In this document: piece after piece, positions 10,137-20,280 of the stretch
How positions within the stretch are numbered: position 1 is the stretch's first letter
Layout of the letters: every line of letters starts with the position of its first letter
Assembly: GCA_018698915.1 (NCBI GenBank)
Contig: JABIPN010000026.1
Coordinates: forward strand, 1 to 56,020
Length of the DNA: 56,020 nucleotides
DNA from: Candidatus Woesearchaeota archaeon
GTDB taxonomy: Archaea; Nanobdellota; Nanobdellia; UBA10117; ARS21
Direction: 5' to 3'
Notes under the pieces: model-generated
What the model saw: only the letters and a program-made list of their open reading frames with translations
What the model was told of the DNA's origin: nothing
The model's database searches: none
Made by a program: the position numbers and the translations under genes

Positions 10137-11649
10137 GGATTTCAATCATTTTACCATATGCGGGCCTAGTAACAAATACACCAATTGTAACTCCAACAAT
10201 TGTTGTCAAAGCAAATCCTCTCAAAACACCAGCTCCAAGGAACCAAAGAGGGAGCATTGCAACCAACATTGTGAAATAGGCTGCAAAAATAATAAAGAAC
10301 GCATTTTTCATTCGCTTCAACCAATGTTCCTGATTCTTTCGCCCATACATAACTTCATCAGTAATAACAATTTGATCATCAACACCAGTTCCTACTGCTG
10401 CAATAATTCCCGCAATTGCTGCAAGATCTAAATTCCAACGAATTAGCGCAGCAAATCCTAAAATAATAAATACTTCACTCAGACCAGTTATTATAATTGG
10501 AATAGATATTGCTACTTTTCTATAACGTGCAAAAATAACACCACCCACTGCAAAAATAGCTAAAACTATTGCAAGTATTGAACTTGCAAAGAAATTCCCT
10601 CCAAGAGTGGGAGAAATAACATCAACTCTTTCAACATCAACTGAAAAGGGTAAACTACCAGTAATTAGTAGAGTTTGCATCTTTTTCATTTTATTAAGCG
10701 CATCATTAACTGCTGCTGCTTCAGTTGGACCAGACCCGGGACCTTGAATAGAGAATGAAGTACTAATATCACCTTGCAAACCTTCAGAGATAAATAAACT
10801 ATTTACAATTTCATCATCCAAATACAAATCAAGTTTTTCAGATAAATAACCATCAGGAGTGACAGTCAATTTATTTGTTAAGTCAGCATGAATTTTAGCA
10901 GATTCTTTAGTAATATATACTACAAAGAAATATTGACAACTCCAACCATCTTCACTCGGACCACAGCCATTCTGCAAAGGGATACCTGAACAAGATCCAG
11001 TTCTACAAACATCCTTAATATCTTTCCCTCCAGTAAATACAAGATCATCACCAATTTTAGCCTCAAACTTTCCCTGTTTAGATACTAAATCTAATACTTC
11101 TTCTTTTGTTGCACCAGCGATTTCAGCAATAATATAATTAGTCCCTTCTAGATCTTTAGAGTTTCTTATAGAAATATCACTAACTCCAAAAACATTCAAT
11201 CTTTGCTCAATCAAATCAATCATATCTAATATTTGAGATTCATCATTAGTGTCAGGCTGCAAAACAACTCTAACTCCTCCAACTAAATCCAAACCTTTTC
11301 GTAAATTTGAAGTAGGAATTTCACTAACACTAAATCCAAGATTACCATCATAAGAAATAGTAGAAGTCCCCACAGAAGTAACAATTTCAACCAAATCACC
11401 ACTAGTTAGATTATCAACAGTATTACTAAAATCTTCAACAGAATCAATTATATTACCATCTAAACTATACAAAATTTCACCAGATTCAATACCATTTATT
11501 TCAGCACTACTTTCAGAATCAACAGTCTTTACCAAAAGTCCGTCTGAACTAAAATTTGGTCCGATTGCAAAGACAGACATAAGTAAAAATGAAATTAATA
11601 TTAATACCCTCCCAGAAAATAAAATACGCATTAAAGTTTTTTTATTCAT
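10117..11649 (-). CDS. secD: Protein-export membrane protein SecD (with an extra PDZ-like segment)
   Basis: GLDLVGGVRVVLQ motif, six C-terminal TM helices and 4-nt coupling to the upstream secF. The secF-then-secD order is typical of archaea. Confidence 0.85.
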   Translation of the reverse strand: MNKKTLMRILFSGRVLILISFLLMSVFAIGPNFSSDGLLVKTVDSESSAEINGIESGEILYSLDGNIIDSVEDFSNTVDNLTSGDLVEIVTSVGTSTISYDGNLGFSVSEIPTSNLRKGLDLVGGVRVVLQPDTNDESQILDMIDLIEQRLNVFGVSDISIRNSKDLEGTNYIIAEIAGATKEEVLDLVSKQGKFEAKIGDDLVFTGGKDIKDVCRTGSCSGIPLQNGCGPSEDGWSCQYFFVVYITKESAKIHADLTNKLTVTPDGYLSEKLDLYLDDEIVNSLFISEGLQGDISTSFSIQGPGSGPTEAAAVNDALNKMKKMQTLLITGSLPFSVDVERVDVISPTLGGNFFASSILAIVLAIFAVGGVIFARYRKVAISIPIIITGLSEVFIILGFAALIRWNLDLAAIAGIIAAVGTGVDDQIVITDEVMYGRKNQEHWLKRMKNAFFIIFAAYFTMLVAMLPLWFLGAGVLRGFALTTIVGVTIGVFVTRPAYGKMIEILMEKDE

Positions 11650-12521
11650 TTTCCGCCGCTCCTCAAATAAATCCTAAGAATTCCTGCATTTTGAATCCAA
11701 GTAAACATTAAGTCAAGCAATAAACCAATAATTAAAATCAAAGAGATGGTTTTCAAGATAGCTGCAGGACTTGCAAGATAAAGCACAGTAAGTGCAACAA
11801 TAGAAGTAATTGACATAGTCATTCCTGTTTTAATTGCTGAATAAATCCGATCTTTAACTGAAAGTTCTTTTCGTTTTAGAGCTCTCGCAGTCAAAACAAT
11901 ATTTGAATCAATAGAATAACCCAACAACATAAGTATCGCAGCAATACCTGAAGCAGATATACTAATACCGAGTAAACTCATTATTGCAAAAGTTCCAATA
12001 ATATTTGAAATACCAGAAATAACGATTCCAACTGCAGGGACTAATTTCCTAAAATATAAAAAAACAACCCCTGCCATGGCAGCAATTGCAACAAGAATTG
12101 CTCTAACCGTCCCATCCCAAAATCGTTTACTAATTGCGCTTGAAATTTCTTCAATACTCATTCGATTCCGGTCCGTTGTCCCGATTAATTGTCCAGCCTC
12201 ATCAATTAGACCATCAATATCATCTCCTGCATATTCAAATGAATAACCAACAACACCACCAGATCCAAGACTACTAAGTTTTCTCATCTTAACTTGTTCA
12301 TTCATAATTTCACTCAAACTTTCTTCTGTAGATTCAAGATCTAATTTTACTGAACCTTCAATAGTTAACAAATAACCGCCTTTTAGAGAAATATCCTTTT
12401 CAATAAAATCCCCTGTGGATGCATAATTACTTCCAAGTATAAAAATTGAAAAAATAAGGAATCCAATTGGAACAATCATCAAACGCTTCCAATTCTTCTC
12501 GTACAGCGATTTAAAGCCCAT
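11646..12521 (-). CDS. secF: Protein-export membrane protein SecF
   Basis: 291 aa with an N-terminal TM, a periplasmic loop and five C-terminal TM helices. Translationally coupled to secD. Confidence 0.8.
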   Translation of the reverse strand: MGFKSLYEKNWKRLMIVPIGFLIFSIFILGSNYASTGDFIEKDISLKGGYLLTIEGSVKLDLESTEESLSEIMNEQVKMRKLSSLGSGGVVGYSFEYAGDDIDGLIDEAGQLIGTTDRNRMSIEEISSAISKRFWDGTVRAILVAIAAMAGVVFLYFRKLVPAVGIVISGISNIIGTFAIMSLLGISISASGIAAILMLLGYSIDSNIVLTARALKRKELSVKDRIYSAIKTGMTMSITSIVALTVLYLASPAAILKTISLILIIGLLLDLMFTWIQNAGILRIYLRSGGK

Positions 12522-12572
12522 ATTGAGTAATAATAGCCAATGTTTTAAATACTTCTTTCTCCTCAGAACAAT

Positions 12573-13307
12573 ATGAAAAAAGGAAAGGCAATTCTACTAT
12601 TAAACAAAGAAGTTAGATATCTAGTAAAAGCAAGAAAAGAAATATTCCACACAAAAGAAGGAGGAATAGATCTAGGAAAAATAAAGAAGTTCGGAGATAA
12701 AGTAACTTCAACAAGCGGAACAATATTCACTGCAGTTGAACCAACTTTATTCGATCGAATGAAAAAAACAAAGAGAGGACCTCAAATAATCCTACCAAAA
12801 GATGCAGGATTAATAATCACAGAAACAGGAATTGGGCCTGGTTCAAAAGTACTTGATGCTGGAACGGGAACAGGATGGATGGCATCATTCTTAGCAAATA
12901 TTGTTGGAGAGAAAGGAAGAGTCGTAACTTATGAAAAATCTAAAGCAAATTACAAACTATCAAAAGAGAATTTCAAATTTTTAGGATTAAAAGTCACTTC
13001 AAAACACGGAAGCGCATACAAAGATATCAAAGAAAAGAACTTTGACTTAATGGTGCTTGACTTAGCAGAACCTTGGAAAGTAAAAACGATTAGAAACAAT
13101 CTAAAACCAGGAGGATATGTTGTTGCATATTTGCCACAAGTATCACAAGTAATGGACTTTTCAAAATTCTTGGAGAAAAACAATTTTCTAGTGGACAGAA
13201 TAGTAGAAGTACAAGAAAGAGAGTGGGCAGTAAAGGAAAGAATTTCTAGACCAAAATCTCAGGCAATTGGACATACGGCTTTCCTGGTCTTCGCCAGACG
13301 ACTATAA
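12573..13307 (+). CDS. trmI: tRNA (adenine57/58-N1)-methyltransferase TrmI/Gcd14 family
   Basis: PQIILPKDAGLII..GPGSKVLDAGTGTGWMASFLANIVGEKGRVVTYE matches the TrmI SAM-binding core. Confidence 0.8.
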   Translation: MKKGKAILLLNKEVRYLVKARKEIFHTKEGGIDLGKIKKFGDKVTSTSGTIFTAVEPTLFDRMKKTKRGPQIILPKDAGLIITETGIGPGSKVLDAGTGTGWMASFLANIVGEKGRVVTYEKSKANYKLSKENFKFLGLKVTSKHGSAYKDIKEKNFDLMVLDLAEPWKVKTIRNNLKPGGYVVAYLPQVSQVMDFSKFLEKNNFLVDRIVEVQEREWAVKERISRPKSQAIGHTAFLVFARRL

Positions 13308-13358
13308 AGTTATATGAAAAGACTTTTAACTATCTCAAATCAACTATCTGACTGAAAA

Positions 13359-13886
13359 ATGGATGAACAAATAAATCTAAAATACGAACTTGAAATCATT
13401 AATAGCTCAGAATCAAGAAAATCACTTAAGCTAAATGAACACTATGAACAAACATATTTAGAACTTGCAGTGGAAAAGTTTTATTCTTCCTTTTTTCAAA
13501 GAAAATCCTTTTGGAAACATACTGGTTTAGAACAAATAATGGGATTTAATGTAAAACAACTATTACATGATGACGAACCTGCAACAACTTATCGAGGAAA
13601 TAATCGTAAAGGTATAATCACTATAAATCCATCATGTAGTTCAGTCAAACGAAGACTGGAAGAAGGCAATGAGCACGCAGGACTTTTTGGAGCAGTTATG
13701 AACTTATCTAGAATTGTAGCTCACGAGTTAACTCACCAAAATAATCGAAATCACAACAAAGAGTTCTACAAGGAATCCGAAGAAGTTGCATACAAACTAA
13801 TTCCAAGCATTATTAGATATTTTCCAAAATATTGTAAGTCGCGAATTGTAGAATTTAAAGTCAATCCAAAAATAGATATTGATTAG
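13359..13886 (+). CDS. Small HExxH protein (DUF45/SprT-like metallohydrolase motif)
   Basis: IVAHELTHQNNRNHNKEF fits the HExxHxxxxNHxxxF pattern of the YgjP/DUF45-type zinc hydrolases. 175 aa. Confidence 0.45.
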   Translation: MDEQINLKYELEIINSSESRKSLKLNEHYEQTYLELAVEKFYSSFFQRKSFWKHTGLEQIMGFNVKQLLHDDEPATTYRGNNRKGIITINPSCSSVKRRLEEGNEHAGLFGAVMNLSRIVAHELTHQNNRNHNKEFYKESEEVAYKLIPSIIRYFPKYCKSRIVEFKVNPKIDID

Positions 13887-16042
13887 AAATTCTCAAAATC
13901 AGCCTCAGTCATACGTTTATGACCAACTTGTTTCTTAATAGATTGAGCAACCTTTTCACTTCCAATCAACTCAGCAATTTTTTCAGTACTACCATTCCGC
14001 AATCCAAGAACATTCTTAATTCCTGCATTGAACAATTTACGGGCCCGTACTCTACCAACTCCGCGAATTTTAACAAGCGGAATCAATTCTTCCTTGATCC
14101 CATTCTTAATTCTAAACTTAAGTTTATTTATTCCAGAAATCTTTTCCATTTCTCCCAACAAAACACACAATTCAGATGCACCATACAACAACCATTCTGC
14201 AGTTGAGATTTTATTCCTCAATTCACCTGGCGGAACATTATAAGTCTCAAGTAAATAATCTTCATTCAATTCCATAATCCAATCTCTAACTAACACTGCA
14301 GTCTTAGTTTTCTTCAAAAATTCAACATATTCATAATCCCACTCTTTCGGAGCCTTTGTCACAATCTTATCAACCAACTCTTCAGTAGTTTCCTCTAACC
14401 ACTCATAATCCTTTTTCTGAATGTTCGTCCAAGGATACATTTCAGCATTGGAAGAAATCAAATGAAGTAAAACAATATCGTCAAAATCAGAAGTCAATTT
14501 CTTTAATCCTTGAATCAAATCAAAAGCGGCAGAAGGATCAAGATACAATTCCGAAACTCTCCTACCAATTGGAGTGGCTTTCAATTCAGTACCTTGAATA
14601 TTCAAGAAGCCAAACTTTTCAACATCTTTCAAAGCATCTTCAACCTTATATTCAAAACCAAAATCATCATTATATTGATATCCATAAAAAGTTCCCTTGA
14701 AGAAATTAATTAACTCATCAATTTTAGTTACAAACTCAGATGCAACCAACGATAAAATTGCTCGACGCAATACGGGTTCAACTGAAAGTTTAGAAACAAT
14801 TTCTTCAGGTTTACCTTCAATATACTTTTCTTTAATCAAATCTCTATCTTTCTCAGACACAGCTATACTAATTGCCTCACCAAAAGCATTATCAAAATCA
14901 GGTCTACCAGCACGACCAGTCATTTGATGATACTCTAAAACTGGAATCCAATCCATTCCGCTACGACCTGTAAACCGCTTCAGACTTTTCATGATAACTC
15001 TAAATGCTGGCAAGTTTACACCCATTGCAAGAGTTGGAGTACAACAAATAATTTTGATTTTATATTCTCTGAATCCATTCTCAACAGACTTCTTCTGGTT
15101 TTGTACCAATCCCGCATGATGAAAGGCAACACCTCTTGAAACAACATCAGATAGTTTTCTACATTGAGCAGTCGGACTACTTGCAGATTTTAAAACAGAT
15201 GCAGAAAGTTTAGAAGTATTTTCATCAGATTCAAGCAGTTTGCTAATCTTAAGAGCTGTAGATTCTGCACTACGCCGCGTTGGACAAAATACTAATGCTT
15301 GTTTACCTTTCCTAATAGTATCAAGAGCAATACTCAAAGTTTCATCCACTACTTTTTTACCAATTTCAATATTATCTTTACTTCCAAAGAAATTAATCTC
15401 ATTTTCATAATAATTTCCTTGAAATAATTCAACCGGACGCCAATCATCTGAAATCAACTCAGCATCCAACCATTCTGAAAGTTCCTCAGGATTTCCAATA
15501 GTTGCACTCAGACCAATTATCTGAGCCTTCGGAATTAACTTTTTCATTAGAGTCAAAATAACTTCAAGAGTTGGACCTCGATGGAAATCGTTTAACAAAT
15601 GTATTTCATCAACAACAACAGTCTTTACGTCACGAAGCCAGGGAATCTTATGACGCATTAAAGAATCAAACTTTTCAGAGGTACAAACAATAATATCATA
15701 CTTGGCTAGCCAACCTTCTGACGAATCAGGATCACCAATTGAGAGCGCAGTTCTAATTCCAAGTTTTTCATACTTAGTTTTGAACTCATCAGCCTTTTCA
15801 CTTGCCAAACTTTTCAAAGGAACAATGTAAACCATTTTTCCACCTTCTTCAAGCAATCGTTTAATTCCTGCTAACTCAGCAATAAATGTTTTACCTGAGG
15901 CAGTTGGACTACAAACAACAACACTTTTGCCATCCAACAATCCAGCCTTTATCGCCTTTGCCTGACTCGGTCTAAATTCATCAAAAGTAAAAGTATTGTA
16001 AAATTTTTCAGGTAATTTGTTCTTAAGAGTTTTGACCTTCAT
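13883..16042 (-). CDS. hel308: Hel308/Ski2-like DNA helicase
   Basis: Walker A SPTASGKT, DEIH box (VVDEIHLL), SAT (LSATIGN), motif VI HQMTGRAGRP. A C-terminal HhH-like segment (IRGVGRVRARKL). 719 aa. Confidence 0.9.
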   Translation of the reverse strand: MKVKTLKNKLPEKFYNTFTFDEFRPSQAKAIKAGLLDGKSVVVCSPTASGKTFIAELAGIKRLLEEGGKMVYIVPLKSLASEKADEFKTKYEKLGIRTALSIGDPDSSEGWLAKYDIIVCTSEKFDSLMRHKIPWLRDVKTVVVDEIHLLNDFHRGPTLEVILTLMKKLIPKAQIIGLSATIGNPEELSEWLDAELISDDWRPVELFQGNYYENEINFFGSKDNIEIGKKVVDETLSIALDTIRKGKQALVFCPTRRSAESTALKISKLLESDENTSKLSASVLKSASSPTAQCRKLSDVVSRGVAFHHAGLVQNQKKSVENGFREYKIKIICCTPTLAMGVNLPAFRVIMKSLKRFTGRSGMDWIPVLEYHQMTGRAGRPDFDNAFGEAISIAVSEKDRDLIKEKYIEGKPEEIVSKLSVEPVLRRAILSLVASEFVTKIDELINFFKGTFYGYQYNDDFGFEYKVEDALKDVEKFGFLNIQGTELKATPIGRRVSELYLDPSAAFDLIQGLKKLTSDFDDIVLLHLISSNAEMYPWTNIQKKDYEWLEETTEELVDKIVTKAPKEWDYEYVEFLKKTKTAVLVRDWIMELNEDYLLETYNVPPGELRNKISTAEWLLYGASELCVLLGEMEKISGINKLKFRIKNGIKEELIPLVKIRGVGRVRARKLFNAGIKNVLGLRNGSTEKIAELIGSEKVAQSIKKQVGHKRMTEADFENF

Positions 16043-16075
16043 ATTTTTGTTTCGCGTTAAGATTTAAGAACTGTA

Positions 16076-16720
16076 CTAAATTGATCCAGTATAAATTATA
16101 TCCTTTGATTTGTAACTCGAATTATATTTTTCGTTAGAATGTGCAGTTTCATTAAATGAAATCAAATTCTTGATATACAAACTTTTCAACTGACCTTCCG
16201 GACTTGCCTTTATTGATTCAACAGAATATTCACCAACACTAGATACATTATCAAAACCCTTTGATCCAATCAATGAAGTTCCTTTATTTGCAGTACTACT
16301 ATTAAAATAAACATCAATTGTTGTACAGTTATAACCAAGATTTGTATTAATTATACTTAAATTAGCAAAGACCTCACAAGTGCTTGCAGCAGCACTTACA
16401 TACAAAGTTGCATTTGGAGAATAAACATCAAGAGTACAATCTCCACCACCTGAAGTGAAATCAACAGAAGTATTGAAAATAGTTGGAGTACCAACATCAC
16501 CACACAATAATAATTTTTTCCGATTTAATAGCTCACCATCATTCCAATCTTTAGAAACTGCCGAATCATAAGCATGTTTTACAATTTCAAAATGAAGCTT
16601 ACTAGTATAATCTTGATTTTCAACAGACATTAAATTTGCGCTGTTTGCATAACTCAGAGACATAATCAAGACTATTGAAATTACAATTAAACTTATCATA
16701 AAAAACTGACCCTTTTTCAT
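16076..16720 (-). CDS. Type IV pilin-like protein (class III signal peptide), minor subunit candidate
   Basis: The ORF track starts at 16756. The internal ATG at 16720 gives MKKG/QFFMISLIVISIVLIM, a prepilin-type N-terminus. It also forms an ATGA overlap with the upstream stop codon. Four Cys and many N-x-S/T sequons. Confidence 0.65.
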   Translation of the reverse strand: MKKGQFFMISLIVISIVLIMSLSYANSANLMSVENQDYTSKLHFEIVKHAYDSAVSKDWNDGELLNRKKLLLCGDVGTPTIFNTSVDFTSGGGDCTLDVYSPNATLYVSAAASTCEVFANLSIINTNLGYNCTTIDVYFNSSTANKGTSLIGSKGFDNVSSVGEYSVESIKASPEGQLKSLYIKNLISFNETAHSNEKYNSSYKSKDIIYTGSI

Positions 16721-17166
16721 AATTTGTCCCATATATACAACCTTATTGATGACCAATTACCATCACTTGAACGATAGGCCAATTGTGCTGAAGCCAAATC
16801 CTGATTACCAAAATTAGACTTCAAATTTGTAATATTATTTCCACCAGCAGTACCTAATGCACCATCATTAATTGGATAACACACACTACTTGTTGAACAA
16901 TAATCTAAATCAAACTCTCGATAATCATCTACAAATCCTGAAACAAAATCTTCAATCAATCCCCAATCTTCTGACTCATATTCATTTATTATTTCATATT
17001 CAGCTAATGATCTTAATATATCAAACGCAAAATTTTCATTATATTCAACTGCAGAATTATCAAAATTATTATTCGAAGTATGCTGCATTCCGGTATACAA
17101 TAAAGAAACAAGTAACACTGCAAAAATTATTTCTATAAAATACATATATCCCCTTTTACCAATCAT
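16717..17166 (-). CDS. Type IV pilin-like protein (class III signal peptide)
   Basis: MIGKRG/YMYFIEIIFAVLLVSLLY N-terminus with Glu at +6. ATGA overlaps on both sides. Confidence 0.6.
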   Translation of the reverse strand: MIGKRGYMYFIEIIFAVLLVSLLYTGMQHTSNNNFDNSAVEYNENFAFDILRSLAEYEIINEYESEDWGLIEDFVSGFVDDYREFDLDYCSTSSVCYPINDGALGTAGGNNITNLKSNFGNQDLASAQLAYRSSDGNWSSIRLYIWDKL

Positions 17167-18242
17167 TTTGAAATTAATACAGTTATTTTTGAAACAAACG
17201 TAGGTCTAACATAAATATTATATGCTGAGTTTACGATTGTTTGATTAACTTGTTTTTTACCTCCAATAAACGTGTAAATTCTACCAAACTCACATTGATT
17301 CTGAGAACTATCTAACTGTTCTGCACCAAATTGTGATTTAGCCAAAGTATTATTACCTAAATAAATAGAATATTCAGTTCCAAGACTTGAGTTCTTAAGA
17401 TTCATATTTCGAATCATGATTAAGTTATTCTTTGTAACTACTTTATCAACATCAAAAAATGTTGCCCCACCAGTAGTCCAGACAGAATCCCAGCCAGCAA
17501 CCGAAGTATCATTAACCGTATACGCAATATAAACAATATCCTCATCATTACCTTCAATATTAAAATCAACACTAACTGTTGCACCATCAGTTCCATTACT
17601 AATAGTAACTAAGTCTCCAGAATCAAGACTAGAATTTTGAGTTCCAATTATGGTAGCATTAGGGAAGAAAAGTTTAGTTTCAAATCGAGAACCAATTTCA
17701 TTACTTCCTGCAGCAATTCCCAAAACATTATGTATGACATTATCAGCTCCAACACCTGAAGTTGCATTCATCCAAATTTGCGCTTTAGGAACACCACCAA
17801 AAGTAATCTTTTCTGAATAAATTGAATTAACATCAACACCAACAGCTTCATAACTTATAAGAAAACCTTCACCACGATTCAAATATTCAGTAAAATTTAC
17901 CATACTAACATTATTTATCAAAAAATCCAAAGCAGTATAATCAACTTCGTAACGATTCCCATTTGATATACCAAATTGCGTCCAATTTCCACGCAAACCA
18001 TCCATTGAAACTGACCCTCCAATAAAATTATTATAACTTGTTTTCCAATTACTTTCCAAAGGCGGACGGTCTACAACTTCTCGAAATAATCGCTTAGCAG
18101 ATTCACAAGCCAAGTCCGAATCAATCTTGTTTCCTTCAAAGGAAGTATGATGGATGGTAACTTTTATTACTCCAACTAAAATAATCATAAAGAAAAAAGC
18201 AACAATAATATATTCACCAACAACAGAACCCTTTTTCATCAA
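17163..18242 (-). CDS. Large type IV pilin-like protein (359 aa)
   Basis: MMKKG/SVVGEYIIVAFFFMIILVGV N-terminus with Glu at +5, as in bacterial pilins. The rest looks beta-rich and carries many sequons. Confidence 0.6.
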   Translation of the reverse strand: MMKKGSVVGEYIIVAFFFMIILVGVIKVTIHHTSFEGNKIDSDLACESAKRLFREVVDRPPLESNWKTSYNNFIGGSVSMDGLRGNWTQFGISNGNRYEVDYTALDFLINNVSMVNFTEYLNRGEGFLISYEAVGVDVNSIYSEKITFGGVPKAQIWMNATSGVGADNVIHNVLGIAAGSNEIGSRFETKLFFPNATIIGTQNSSLDSGDLVTISNGTDGATVSVDFNIEGNDEDIVYIAYTVNDTSVAGWDSVWTTGGATFFDVDKVVTKNNLIMIRNMNLKNSSLGTEYSIYLGNNTLAKSQFGAEQLDSSQNQCEFGRIYTFIGGKKQVNQTIVNSAYNIYVRPTFVSKITVLISK

Positions 18243-18277
18243 AAATAGAAAGCGTCCGGGATTGATAAAAACTATGT

Positions 18278-19423
18278 TTATTCTACAGTCACCATTGCGC
18301 TATGATGATATACTTCATTCTCATATTCGATAGTGGTACGTATTTGATATTGTCCGAGCTCTTGCGGAGGTTCCCACGCATATCTAAACTCTCCAACATT
18401 ATCCGTATACAATCCAATAGTATTACCATTAGGTTCAATTAAGGTAACAGTTGCACCAGACGCAGCACTTCCCTCAATAAACGCTTTTCCTGAGATTTGA
18501 ACATCACTACTCAAAGAAACCGTTGTAGGAAATACAGTTACTTCAACTGAAAGTGCAGTAGGAAATACAAAGAAGAAGAATATGAATATGCTTGCTGAAA
18601 CCATAACCAATACATGTTTAACTCCCGCAATTATTTTTTCTTCAGCAATTTGTCCCGCAATTAACCCTGCACACACAGCTTCAACTAAAGTCATAAGGAA
18701 GAATAAATTTCTAAAGTATTCAAGAGTTAAAGGAGCGCCTTGACTTTGAACAGTTACACCACTAAATGCACCAATTTGCTGAATATATAAAATTGGTGAA
18801 AGAATTTTATAGAGTGCAATAACTACTGCAATAAAAACAAAGAAAATAACATACATTATGATTATCTGTTGACGCATTATAGATTTCCGCTCAGCTTCCA
18901 TATCCTTTATCAAAGTAACATTTTCAGAAAGAGATCCTAATGTTTTTTTAATATCACCGCCGCTATGAAATGCTTCCAAAATAATTGTATTGATACGGCT
19001 AATCAAAACACTTCGCTTCAATTGCACAGTAAATTTACTCCAAGCTTTTGGGAAAGTTAATTTCCAAGACAACCAAATATTAAGTTGTTTTATGTATTTA
19101 GTCAATTTTCCATAATCACTTTTTGAAGCCACATCTATTGCTTGAGTGAGAGTCATTCCTGAAGACGCAGATTGAGCCAAATCTGATAAAAAATGAGGGA
19201 ATTTATCTTCAGCATCTTTAATCTCACGGAATTCAAAGAAACTAATTAACACTGAAGGCAAAATAACTAAAATAGTACCTATTGAAATTAAAGCAATAGT
19301 TGTAGTACTAGAAGCACCAAAGAAAAAAGCAAGCAATCCAATCAAAAAAGGAAATGGAAAAGCTACTGCTGTCCAAAAGATTCTTTTACTCCTAAAGTGA
19401 AACATTTTTTCTATTCGCCCCAT
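18278..19423 (-). CDS. T2SSF-domain pilus platform protein (TadC/FlaJ-like) with a C-terminal Ig-like extension
   Basis: One T2SSF-type domain (FPHFLSDLAQSASSGMTLTQAI ... GGDIKKTLGSLSENV) is flanked by TM helices. The last 90 aa or so (VTVFPTTVSLSSDVQISGKAF..GATVTLIEPNGNTIGLYTDNVGEFRY) resemble a CarboxypepD_reg/Ig-like beta sandwich. Confidence 0.7.
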   Translation of the reverse strand: MGRIEKMFHFRSKRIFWTAVAFPFPFLIGLLAFFFGASSTTTIALISIGTILVILPSVLISFFEFREIKDAEDKFPHFLSDLAQSASSGMTLTQAIDVASKSDYGKLTKYIKQLNIWLSWKLTFPKAWSKFTVQLKRSVLISRINTIILEAFHSGGDIKKTLGSLSENVTLIKDMEAERKSIMRQQIIIMYVIFFVFIAVVIALYKILSPILYIQQIGAFSGVTVQSQGAPLTLEYFRNLFFLMTLVEAVCAGLIAGQIAEEKIIAGVKHVLVMVSASIFIFFFFVFPTALSVEVTVFPTTVSLSSDVQISGKAFIEGSAASGATVTLIEPNGNTIGLYTDNVGEFRYAWEPPQELGQYQIRTTIEYENEVYHHSAMVTVE

Positions 19424-20280
19424 GGTGATGAACTCTTAATTATGATTATAAGCATAGCAGTCATTAAAGGCATACCAATAAATATAACTAAATAATGCAA
19501 AAGCTTAATTGCGCCAGTAGGAACGCCCCCAACCGCACCCATCAAACTAGATATGACAATAAAGAATACCGTACCAACAATTATTGCAGTAATATACATA
19601 TTCATAAGCAAAGTGAGCAGTTTACTAAAACTTTCTAACTTTCGGCGGTATTCATTTACAAAACCCTTTGATTTTTCTTCCAAATATTTAGGCAAATCAC
19701 CACCAACAGTTACACTATTTTTAATTCCACCCAAAAATTCAGTCCACTCAGGACTTGGACTCCGCATTATAGCTCTTTCAAGAACCTTTGGTAAATCCGT
19801 TCCTATTTTATTAACTTCATGATCAATTTTTTGAGCTTCTTCAGAAACTGCAGAATAATCTTTGAATTTCGCCAACATACCAAATACTTGCTGAGGATTA
19901 AAACCACTCTTAGCTAAAGTTGACATGTAAATAGACACAAAAGCTAACGAATTTGAAATTTTATCACGTTTCTCATGTATTTTAAAATTAGGATATAAGT
20001 AAGTAAAACCTGCTGCAAGAAATCCAATAAATATTGCAGCTAAAAGATTTATTATAACTCCAATAATACTAAATCCCAATACAATGAGTGTAATAAATAA
20101 TAGAAAAAGAAAGGTGACTGCAGCAGTCATAAGACCAACTGTAATAATAAATGATGCATAAGTTTCAACAGGCATTCTTATTCGAGCAGTCCTTAACTTA
20201 GGTTCTAATGCCCCAAAAAGATATTTATGTTTTTTTACAAATCCTGAAAATAATTGTGCAGATCGTTCATAAATATCCAT
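19411..20280 (-). CDS. T2SSF-domain pilus platform protein (TadB/FlaJ-like)
   Basis: 289 aa with a single T2SSF domain (SLAFVSIYMSTLAKSGFNPQQVF ... GGDLPKYLEEKS) and flanking TM helices. Its start codon overlaps the ATPase stop codon by 1 nt (TAATG junction). Confidence 0.75.
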   Translation of the reverse strand: MDIYERSAQLFSGFVKKHKYLFGALEPKLRTARIRMPVETYASFIITVGLMTAAVTFLFLLFITLIVLGFSIIGVIINLLAAIFIGFLAAGFTYLYPNFKIHEKRDKISNSLAFVSIYMSTLAKSGFNPQQVFGMLAKFKDYSAVSEEAQKIDHEVNKIGTDLPKVLERAIMRSPSPEWTEFLGGIKNSVTVGGDLPKYLEEKSKGFVNEYRRKLESFSKLLTLLMNMYITAIIVGTVFFIVISSLMGAVGGVPTGAIKLLHYLVIFIGMPLMTAMLIIIIKSSSPWGE

